From Girardia tigrina (lineage: Eukaryota): a stretch of DNA of 51,943 bases. The notes under the pieces were generated by a model. It was not told where the DNA came from and made no database searches. It worked only from the letters and a program-made list of their open reading frames with translations. The stretch spans positions 43,171 through 95,113 of the forward strand of contig MQRK01248821.1 of assembly GCA_001938485.1 (NCBI GenBank), written 5' to 3'. Made by a program: the position numbers and the translations under genes. This document shows positions 37,119 to 45,933 of the stretch, piece after piece; within the stretch, counting starts at the first letter, position 1; each line of letters opens with the position of its first letter.

Positions 37119-38437
37119 ATGATGATTATTAAAAAAGGAGGCGACGTTCAACAATCTATGGGAAATTTTGCAAAATATATCCCTGGATTTATGAAAACAA
37201 AATATGGTGAATTGCATTTGCCGGGAAAAAATTATTGTGGTCCTCTAACAAGATTGGATATCCGATTAGACGGCCAAGATCAACCAATCGGCGAAGATAA
37301 TAAACCCGTTGATGGATTGGATCAGGCATGTTATAAACATGATATCACCTACAGATCTGAAGATTTACGAGACCGGCACTTGGCGGATGTAAATCTTATT
37401 CACGATATCAATCAACTTGAAGATCTGACTTTACGCCAAAAATTCGAAAGATTTCTCATAAAAACAATTATGAAAGGTAAAATAACTTTTGGTGGAACAT
37501 TGGATAATAAACAATTAGCTAAAGAATTACATAAAGAACATAAAAAAATAAAGACTTTCTCAGAATAAATGTTAAATCACTGAATCGGATTTGGTCAGCA
37601 GACTTGATAACTGTTGACGCGAAAGAGGATACTGAAAATGGAGTCGTTGCGACAACAATAACAAAATCGGGACAAACCAGAAAAATTTGGAAATATTACA
37701 TCTTAACAGTTATAGATATTTATTCCCGGTATGGTTTTTTCCGTTTTCTTCCCTATAAAAAAGCGGAATCGATAATCCAAGCTTTCATCTCAATCTTAAC
37801 GGAATTAGGAAATACCGAATTACCGATTCCAAAATATTTATGGGTTGATCAAGGAGCTGAATTCACAAACAAAGAATTTGATAAAAAATTCCTAAAAGCC
37901 AATAATATTAAAATGTATTTCGTAAAGGAAAAACCTGTTTTTATTGAAAGATTTAATAGAACATTGAAATCTGAAATCTATAAACTATTTACTGAGAAAG
38001 GAGAGAAAGTTATCACTGAAGCGGAAATGCAAGAAATATTAGAGAATTATAATAATAGAATTCATAGCTCTATCCGCGTATCACCGTACGATATAATGTT
38101 TAATGATGCGATTCCGCAACCAAAACCTCAAAAATTACCAAAGAAAAAAGTTAAACCAAAATTCAAAGTCGGAGATCGAGTTCGGGTATTCGAAACAAAA
38201 TTATTTAGTGGAGATAAACCTGAAGGTACTCGTAATAAAAACCAGGAACGGAAATTACAAACTTTTAAAAAAGGTTATGAACCGAAGTGGACTCGAGAAA
38301 TTTATGAAATTTCAAAAGTTTTGGATCATGAATATCCTGTAACTTATAAACTGATAAATCCTGAAAAAGATGGTGCATTATTCGGTCGGTTCTATGAAGC
38401 GGATTTACAAAAGACTCAAATTGGCAAAGAAGTTTGA
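37119..38437 (+). CDS. Parvovirus-type phospholipase A2 domain fused to RVE integrase; one-base frameshift in the A7 run at 37542-37548
   Basis: PLA2: HLPGKNYCGP...DQACYKHDITY...AD. Integrase: LAKELHK/ /RIWSADL, WVDQGAEF, IERFNRTL, KPKFKVGDRVR, FKKGY.PKWTREIY, GRFYEADLQK. Confidence 0.9.
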
Positions 38438-38532
38438 AGAACTCACCTGTTAAGTACAAAATCAAATATGTACTAAATAAAAGTGCTCTTCAAGCTCTTT
38501 TATTTAGTACAAAATAATTTCATAACTTAAAA

Positions 38533-39963
38533 ATGGAAACAAGCTTTGAAAAACCAATAAATCAATTAACCACAGGGATGATTCCCTTAGGGATTTTAGA
38601 TCTCGATAACAATAAGGAATTTACTCACGTTTTGAAAAAATCCGATGTAATAAAACTGGCGCCAACATCTGGATCGGCTGCATATATGAATCAGAATGGA
38701 ACTCTGGTTTATCAACTTTCTCAAACCACCGATCCAATAGATATTTGTAACGCCAAACTGGTTTATGATATCACAATCATAGATACTGATACCGTTTTGG
38801 AGACCAACTTCTTCCCTAAATTATTTTCATGCATGTCTTTGAAATTAGGTAACTATGTTGTTGAATCGATAAATAATCCTGGAGTTGTATCGGATATGTT
38901 ATTATATGTTTCTAAAGATCGAAACTATTTACCATGTGGAGAAATAACTGATTTTATTCCAGATCATTATGAAATGATGTACGGAGAGAAAATAGCTGCG
39001 GCATCATCCGCAACCTTAAGCGCATCTACAAGTAAAAAAATTCTTGAAGATGAAGAAGAAACTCCCGGTTCAAGCGGAGGCGCCGCTAATTCCANAGAAG
39101 TTCCAGCGGGTCTACGATACCGAAATATTGGTTATGAAATTCGTAAAGATCAGTTTAAGAAAAATAGATTCAGAGGTGCTTTCTCACTGAAACATCTCTT
39201 TGGATTTCTGCAAAATTATAACCGAGTAATTTACAATATTCTTCTGGAATTTACAATGGTGCGAAAACTTGATGATAAAAGTATTTTTTACGCAGATAAA
39301 GGAACCAAAGGAAAATTAACGATAAATTCCCTGGAACTGCATATGAATCAATTGGAGTTGAATATCGATTATTATGCTCGATTGGTAGAACGATTAAATG
39401 TTAAAGACAAACCGATTTATGTGGATTTCCTCAAACGCATATCCGTAGAGTATTCATTGAAAACCGAGAAAGTTTTCTCCTGGAATGTTGCATATCTAAA
39501 TTATTTACCAAGATATATTTTCGTGGGAATGAAATTAGGAGAATCAAATTACAACTGGAATAATTCCCGTTTTCATATGGATACTGAGGAATTCTCTATT
39601 CAGCTGAAATTGAACAATACCTATTACCCTATTCAGCCAATGGTGAATGAAAAAGCGAATCGGAATTTCTATGATTTATATAATTCATATGTTCAATGTT
39701 CCCGCGGTTTCCAAGATAAAACTCCAATGCTATCGTTGAAAGATTGGAAAAGTTTATACCCGATAATGTGTTTTGATACTAGTGATATCGATAAAACTTT
39801 GGATGTCAACAACGTTACCGTTACACTTCTCATTCGAAAATCTGAAACTTTTCAACCGAAAATCTATTGCGTAATTTTGGAAGAAGCAAAAATAAAAATG
39901 TCTCTACGCGGATCTCAAATCACGATAATCGAACCATTCAAAGGAACCATTGATAAGAAATAA
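38533..39963 (+). CDS. Putative double jelly-roll major capsid protein
   Basis: 476 aa, beta-rich. LKHLFGF..YNRVI, PRYIFVG, LKLNNTYYP, LYNSY and YPIMCFDTS resemble Polinton major capsid proteins; size and position fit. Confidence 0.8.
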   Translation: METSFEKPINQLTTGMIPLGILDLDNNKEFTHVLKKSDVIKLAPTSGSAAYMNQNGTLVYQLSQTTDPIDICNAKLVYDITIIDTDTVLETNFFPKLFSCMSLKLGNYVVESINNPGVVSDMLLYVSKDRNYLPCGEITDFIPDHYEMMYGEKIAAASSATLSASTSKKILEDEEETPGSSGGAANSXEVPAGLRYRNIGYEIRKDQFKKNRFRGAFSLKHLFGFLQNYNRVIYNILLEFTMVRKLDDKSIFYADKGTKGKLTINSLELHMNQLELNIDYYARLVERLNVKDKPIYVDFLKRISVEYSLKTEKVFSWNVAYLNYLPRYIFVGMKLGESNYNWNNSRFHMDTEEFSIQLKLNNTYYPIQPMVNEKANRNFYDLYNSYVQCSRGFQDKTPMLSLKDWKSLYPIMCFDTSDIDKTLDVNNVTVTLLIRKSETFQPKIYCVILEEAKIKMSLRGSQITIIEPFKGTIDKK

Positions 39964-40024
39964 ATATTGGGATCCCCGAAGGTTAATAATTTTTTTCTCA
40001 GCGAGAACAAAAATTATTATAAAA

Positions 40025-40749
40025 ATGGCTCCGAAAACAGATGCTTTAAAAATACGAAAATTGATAGATACACAAACTCCCGGTTTGATTCGAGTGAATG
40101 GGAAGGAATTATATCTGAATCGGGAAATGTTGAAAAAGATTAAAGATTTAGAAAAAAATGGTGGAGAGATTGGTGGAGGAATTACCATAGTGGAGGAATT
40201 TTACCATTTATCCCCGCTATAATCGCTGGTTTAACTACTCTTTTCACAGTAGGTGGAGCAGCTGCAGGAGTAGCCACTGGAATATCAAAAACTGTTGCAA
40301 ATGCTCGCGAAGCACAAAAGATTCAGGCTGAAAAAGAGAAAATAGATATTGAAAAACAAATAAAACAAAAGGAACTTGATAAATTGAATACACCAGCGGT
40401 TCCACCAACTACAACACCAACAGGATCGGGATTACGGAAAGGAAAAAAAGGAGGAATTTTACAAGAATTAGAAAAAAATTTGCCACCAGGTTTTGAGAGA
40501 ATAATTAAATCAACACTAGATATTTTTAAAGAAAATAATTCAGGTGAAGGGTTGTACTTGGATGAATATACTGGTAAAGGAATTCAGAAATTTTTTCGTG
40601 AACAAATAAATCAATCGGATAAAGATCCGAAATCAAAAAAGGCTCTATTGAATAAAAATAAAAAATTGGGAGGGAAATTGAAATGTCATTTCATGGGAAA
40701 GGGATTATATTTAGAACCTTGGGATCCGAATAATCAGAATCGGATTTGA
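40025..40749 (+). CDS. Core-protein precursor with adenovirus pX/Mu-like hydrophobic peptide; ~235 aa after removing a 17-bp duplication (40173-40189)
   Basis: Reconstructed MAPK...EIGGGILPFIPAIIAGLTTLFTVGGAAAGVATGI...TGSGL..KKGGI...SGEGLYL..TGKGI...MGKGLYL. Confidence 0.7.
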
Positions 40750-40811
40750 GATGATTTTGTTTTTCGTAAAAAAAAATTCAACTCTTTCTTCAAAACAAAA
40801 TCATCTCAAAA

Positions 40812-42005
40812 ATGACTATTCAATTAAATGAACGAGAAAATCGAGTATTCAAAGATTCGCAACCTTTGAATGATCACCAAAATTATTTTGATTATTTACG
40901 AAAAAGTTTGGTTCAATCCTCACTAGCAATCCATGAATACAATCGTCAAGAATTGGAATATAAAAGCGGTATATCCGATTTTCAAACATCAATGTCGAAA
41001 ATGTTCCAACCTTTAATGAGTGGACTACAAGGCCCCATCACAGATAGAATCTCAGCTTTAAAAATCAAAGTCGTTAAATTGGAAAACGATCTCAAACGAT
41101 TTATTGAAGTTGATATAAAGAATTATGATAATGTGAAATCCAAATCGTTTTTTGATCAGTATCAACAGGAATATTTATTAATCCAACAGGAATTAGCTCC
41201 GATAATGCAGGAAATGATTGAGAAATATCCTCAAGATAAGGAATTTATCACCAGTCATCATGAGATAACAAAAAAATTATTAGAAGAGTTGGCGCAGAAA
41301 TTGGGAACGAAATTCGAACCTCAACAATTATCGCAAGCTGGTCCCTTTTTGGAAATATTCTTTGAGACAAAATATTATGAAAATTTCGGATCTTCTCCGA
41401 TGTTGCGTCCAACGTTTGGAAGAAATGTTGAGGGAAAACAATTTATGACATTCAATAAATATACATTTATTCTCATAAACGAGGGTGGAAAATATTATTT
41501 CGTGAGAAATGATAATCGGGTTCGGGTAGAGGTTGATGAGATTTTTAATAATTTCCTAATTGGGAATTACGATATTATTTTCGAAAAGAAATATACTCTG
41601 GAAGAAAAACATACATCATTCGAAAAGTATTTATCATTTCTATTAAATAATGGAATAAACGCTCGAGAAAGAAATTTTTATTATACAAAACTTTGTTTCG
41701 ATGCTTTTAATAAAGCTGAAGGATTAGTAGGAGAATTTGCGCAACCAGTAGGACCCTCGAAAAAAGAACCAAAAACCAGAACATCATCATTACCACGGTT
41801 ACGATCCCAAAAAGGGAAAGGTTTACCCTCTGACCCGATTTCAATGTTTTCATATTTGTATAAATATATCGCAGCAAAGAAGGCTGGTCATGATGGTGTG
41901 GATGATAATATTTTGAATATTATGAAGAAATTAAGACGAAAAAAATTATTATCAAAAGAAAAACAGGAGGAATTATTGAAAAAGGTATTCGATTCAGCTC
42001 GCTGA
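40812..42005 (+). CDS. Conserved Polinton uncharacterised protein
   Basis: C-terminal GKGL-PSDP...IAAKKAGH.GV..NI..I..KL is a domain recurrent in Polintons; N-terminal coiled coil with FQPL. Confidence 0.65.
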   Translation: MTIQLNERENRVFKDSQPLNDHQNYFDYLRKSLVQSSLAIHEYNRQELEYKSGISDFQTSMSKMFQPLMSGLQGPITDRISALKIKVVKLENDLKRFIEVDIKNYDNVKSKSFFDQYQQEYLLIQQELAPIMQEMIEKYPQDKEFITSHHEITKKLLEELAQKLGTKFEPQQLSQAGPFLEIFFETKYYENFGSSPMLRPTFGRNVEGKQFMTFNKYTFILINEGGKYYFVRNDNRVRVEVDEIFNNFLIGNYDIIFEKKYTLEEKHTSFEKYLSFLLNNGINARERNFYYTKLCFDAFNKAEGLVGEFAQPVGPSKKEPKTRTSSLPRLRSQKGKGLPSDPISMFSYLYKYIAAKKAGHDGVDDNILNIMKKLRRKKLLSKEKQEELLKKVFDSAR

Positions 42006-42038
42006 CTCTCGTGAATCAAAAACAGTTTTTCATAAAAA

Positions 42039-42902
42039 ATGGGTGAATCAAGTGGATTTTCAACGACTTTTACAATATCGGCTGCGAAATCGGAGATTAG
42101 GGTTCAGTTGCCTGTTCAGTTGAATTTGAATCCTAATTATAAATACGAAATCGGATTGGTCTGGTTCTCGACTTATAACTTGGTTGCGAACATCACTGAA
42201 ACGAATAATGAAATTACATTACTCTATAAAGGAAAAGAATTTCCAGCTGACAAAAAATTCGAAAATGTGGAAAAGTATAATGAATTTATATATACGGATT
42301 TAAAATTGAAACCAAGAACGAAAGGATTTAAGGAAATCAATAAAGAAATTGGAGATTTAACACAACAAATTATTCAAGTGAAAACGGATGAAAAAACTAC
42401 AAAATCAACAATTAATATACCTGATAAATATTCATTAGAATTCAATCATAGATCATTTCTGCACTCAATGCATGGATTTCATAGAAATAATAATTCTGCA
42501 ATTTGGGATGATGGAGATGATATTAATATTAAAAGGGTTAATATAAAAGGTCCTATAAAAGATTATGAATCGAAATATACTTTTCAGATAACGGATATAA
42601 ATATCTGCAATATCGATTGTAATATCGCTAATGGTGGATACGTTTCGACTGAAGATGGTTTGGAAAATAAAAGTATTATTGAAAGCGTGAGTAACTCTAA
42701 TATTATTTATTCGTTTCCAGCGTTTACAGTTCCAATCGGATTCAAGATTTTAGAGCGGCCAGCATTCGTAACTTATTATCCTGTTTACATTTATCAAATA
42801 AATGATTTCACTGTGAGAATTATTGATAACAAAGGACGTCTAATAGATTTCAAAAATGAGAAAATAAATATGTGTTTACGTTTAAGACAGAGTGTATTAT
42901 GA
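42039..42902 (+). CDS. Putative minor capsid (penton, single jelly-roll) protein
   Basis: YEIGLV.F.TYN..NIT..NN, I.CNI..G.Y, IYSFP...P.G.KI.E.P...YYPV...I...VRIID..G.LIDF.NE.I...L.LR. Confidence 0.85.
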   Translation: MGESSGFSTTFTISAAKSEIRVQLPVQLNLNPNYKYEIGLVWFSTYNLVANITETNNEITLLYKGKEFPADKKFENVEKYNEFIYTDLKLKPRTKGFKEINKEIGDLTQQIIQVKTDEKTTKSTINIPDKYSLEFNHRSFLHSMHGFHRNNNSAIWDDGDDINIKRVNIKGPIKDYESKYTFQITDINICNIDCNIANGGYVSTEDGLENKSIIESVSNSNIIYSFPAFTVPIGFKILERPAFVTYYPVYIYQINDFTVRIIDNKGRLIDFKNEKINMCLRLRQSVL

Positions 42903-43068
42903 ACATATTTTTTGTTTTTGAAGAAAAAATAATATGTTCATAAAAAATGATAGAATTTGGATACCGAAGGTGTAAAATTATAACAAGTCATAAAAATGAC
43001 TTTGATAGCTCAGCGAAGCCTCGTGAATGTTTTATTAATTGATTTTGAATAAAATCAATTAATAAAAA

Positions 43069-43575
43069 ATGATCGAATTTTACACTTTGGGAGACATAAT
43101 GATGATGTTCGGAGTTGACACTTCAACGAATAAGCAGTTGGAAGATTGGGCAAAAAAATTGAAAATTGAAATACAAGTCTTGATGGCTGATGAGGTGGAT
43201 GAAAAATTAAACAATAAAAAATTATCAATAATAAATTACCAGGATTCGGATGAAGAGGGGAGTCATTGGGTGGGATATTTTAATGGAAATGTTGAAAACG
43301 CGACGAAGGAACCGGTATCTTATGAGAAAGAGTTTGCGAGGAAGGAGCTGGTTTCATTCTACTTTGATCCGTATGGATTAGAGCCTTTACCGGATTTTCC
43401 AAAATGTATATATAATTCTGTACAAGTACAACCCTTCGGAACGCGATTATGTGGACAATTGAGTTTATATTTTTTATTTAAAATGAATCAGTGTGTATGC
43501 GGTAATAAATCACAGAAATTCGATGATATAATTGAGGAAATGTTAGATTGTTTATGGCCAGAGACCCTTTTGTAA
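43069..43575 (+). CDS. Adenain-family cysteine (maturation) protease
   Basis: IN.QDS..EGSHWV (His), YFDPYG (Asp), Q.Q...T.LCG..SLYFL (Gln, Cys). Confidence 0.92.
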   Translation: MIEFYTLGDIMMMFGVDTSTNKQLEDWAKKLKIEIQVLMADEVDEKLNNKKLSIINYQDSDEEGSHWVGYFNGNVENATKEPVSYEKEFARKELVSFYFDPYGLEPLPDFPKCIYNSVQVQPFGTRLCGQLSLYFLFKMNQCVCGNKSQKFDDIIEEMLDCLWPETLL

Positions 43576-43590
43576 TTGTGAATATTAAAA

Positions 43591-44520
43591 ATGAATTATA
43601 TTCCTGTGAATATATTGGGAATGGTGATGCAGATTGGAGGAATGAAAGAAGAGAAAATAAATGAAAAAATTGAGGCGAATAATCGGAAATTATTATCGGA
43701 TTCGGATAGGAGATATGTGAATGAGCAGGGTGACGATCCTGTGAATTCTTTACAGGTTAAAGATAAAATCGATATTCGGGGTATGGATGTTGAGAAAAGT
43801 ATTAGAAATTTGAAACTTGAGATTGATTCAATGGTGAAACAATTTATTCAGAATCGGAATGAAATGAGTGAAAAAATTGATTCAATGGTGAAAATCAAGA
43901 AAGATGAAAGTTCAAANNNNNNNNNNNNNNNNGAAATTAAAAGATTAGATGAAAAAATTGATTGTCTAACAGTTTTAAAACCAATTTGGAATATGAATTT
44001 AAAAATTAATTATGTTTTCAATTATAGCGATGAAGTCAAATTATTAGTAAGTCTAAAACGAAAAATCCATTCATCTTTAGGTATATTAGCAGAAAATTCG
44101 AGACGGTATAATTTCCATATCCCTAAAGAAAATGAGATTATCAAACCAGAAGAAGTTGATGATGCAACATTGAAAAAATATAATATTCAAGATATATTAT
44201 TTAGTCTTAGTTTTCGACATTTGCGTTTATTATTTAATAGAATAAAAGATAATGAGATAATTATTTATTTAAATTCTCGAAAAAATATCGTGGAAAATTT
44301 TAAAAAATTAAGAGAAACACTGAATAGTATTAAAAAACCTTTTAATGATTTAAATTATTATTCGTTTGAAAAATATGTTAACGAACGTTTTAATAATGAA
44401 GCAAATAATTTTTATATAAAAGAAATCTTCCCGAAAGTAATATCTCATAGAATGGAAATATTAAAAAAATTGAAATACCAGATTTACCTCCTCTCAAAGA
44501 GAATGAGAAAATATTTGTAA
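43591..44520 (+). CDS. Maverick hypothetical protein, possibly fibre-like or coiled-coil (contains an N gap)
   Basis: TAAAAATG start, YVNEQGD motif, coiled-coil repeats (IDSMVK twice); continuity across the gap is unverified. Confidence 0.45.
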   Translation: MNYIPVNILGMVMQIGGMKEEKINEKIEANNRKLLSDSDRRYVNEQGDDPVNSLQVKDKIDIRGMDVEKSIRNLKLEIDSMVKQFIQNRNEMSEKIDSMVKIKKDESSXXXXXXEIKRLDEKIDCLTVLKPIWNMNLKINYVFNYSDEVKLLVSLKRKIHSSLGILAENSRRYNFHIPKENEIIKPEEVDDATLKKYNIQDILFSLSFRHLRLLFNRIKDNEIIIYLNSRKNIVENFKKLRETLNSIKKPFNDLNYYSFEKYVNERFNNEANNFYIKEIFPKVISHRMEILKKLKYQIYLLSKRMRKYL

Positions 44521-44820
44521 ATAAATTCATTTCAAAATATGAGGAGGGAACTCGTGAACATCCATATTATAATTTTGCGGAAATATTTGAAATGGATGCA
44601 TATAGATTTTTTGTAAATNNNNNNNNNNNNNNNNNNNNNNNNNNNNNNNNNNNNNNNTTGACAAATGCATCAATTTTTGGGAATTGTGAATTTGGAAATA
44701 GAAAATATTATGTTATTAAGAATAAATCGGGTGAAGATACTGTTCTTTTTACAAGATTTATATTTTATTATTTATCTGATAATAAGTGGAAAAATAGTAT
44801 AAATACTTTTGATAAAAAAA

Positions 44821-45453
44821 ATGGATGAACAAGAAAATATTAATTTATATCCGGAAAAAGAGTTGGAGGATTTTATGTTAAAATATAAACAAAAAGAGGA
44901 AACTCCTGAAACTTATAAAAAAGAATTGAATACTTTACATATTCAGTATTTCAAGAAAGATTTGGAATATTTAAGCGAGCATATTGCTCATTATCAAAAA
45001 TTGCATAAAAGATGGAAACGAATTGCTGTAACAGTAAAATATTGTAATGGGATATTAACTCTCGTTGGATCTGTTGGAGCAATAATTGTTGTTTCCATTT
45101 CAACTTTGGGAACTTTAACAATTCCATTAACTGCCGCTTTTGCCGGATTGGGGGTTTTATCGAATATTGGGGATAATGGCTCTAATTTAATAACTTTGAA
45201 AAAATTGAAAAAATATCGAAATTATTTACGAACATTAGAAAAGACTAATGATGAATTATTTATGTTTCATAAGAAAGCATTGAGTGATAATTTNATAACT
45301 GATGAGGAGTTAAAAATGAGTAAAGATATTTTGGAGAAGTGTAAAATAAATATTGGAAAATTAAATGATGGGCAAAAGAGAGAAGATAAAACGAATACTT
45401 TAATTACAAATGATCATTTGGAAAAGTTGAGAATATTATTAGAGAAATTATAA
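44821..45453 (+). CDS. Two-TM helical-hairpin membrane protein typical of Mavericks/adintoviruses
   Basis: Coiled coil - Gly/Ala-rich hydrophobic hairpin (GILTLVGSVGAIIVVSISTLGTLTIPLTAAFAGLGVL) - coiled coil with KALSDN.ITDEE. Confidence 0.7.
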   Translation: MDEQENINLYPEKELEDFMLKYKQKEETPETYKKELNTLHIQYFKKDLEYLSEHIAHYQKLHKRWKRIAVTVKYCNGILTLVGSVGAIIVVSISTLGTLTIPLTAAFAGLGVLSNIGDNGSNLITLKKLKKYRNYLRTLEKTNDELFMFHKKALSDNXITDEELKMSKDILEKCKINIGKLNDGQKREDKTNTLITNDHLEKLRILLEKL

Positions 45454-45475
45454 AAATAAAATTAAAAAAAATAAA

Positions 45476-45772
45476 ATGGATAAAGAAAAATTTATTTGTG
45501 ATGTCTGCAATTTTAAAGGATTAATACAAAATAAACAGAGACATTTGGATAGTAAAAAACATCATGTAAAATCGAATTTTGAAAAAGTTTATCAAGCTGT
45601 TAAAAATAATTCCAATTCTGAAAATAATAATAGTAATTCCGATCCTGAAAATAATAATAATGAATATAATCCAAATATTGGGTTTAATCCAAATAATGAA
45701 TATAGTAATTCTGATCCTGAATATATACCGAATACAGAAAATAGTTCCTCTTGTGATGATGAAAATGAATAA
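45476..45772 (+). CDS. Small C2H2 zinc-finger protein with Asn-rich tail
   Basis: CDVC...RHLDSKKH; NSNSDPE repeats. Confidence 0.55.
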   Translation: MDKEKFICDVCNFKGLIQNKQRHLDSKKHHVKSNFEKVYQAVKNNSNSENNNSNSDPENNNNEYNPNIGFNPNNEYSNSDPEYIPNTENSSSCDDENE

Positions 45773-45933
45773 AAATTTAAATGGTCATAAATAATCTAAT
45801 ATTTTTAATTTGTTAGTCTAATATATTAATTTTTATTTAATAATGATAATATAATAACCAATAGCTATTCTTCGGAATAGATTTTTGGTACCCGATTTGG
45901 AAATTTGGAAATTCCATAATATTTTTAAAGAAA

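Noticed and set aside
36068-37604. Track starts at TTG (36068, 37089, 37604; also 40384)
   Set aside because: Eukaryotic context; the real starts are downstream AAAAATG codons, or the ORFs are frameshifted continuations.
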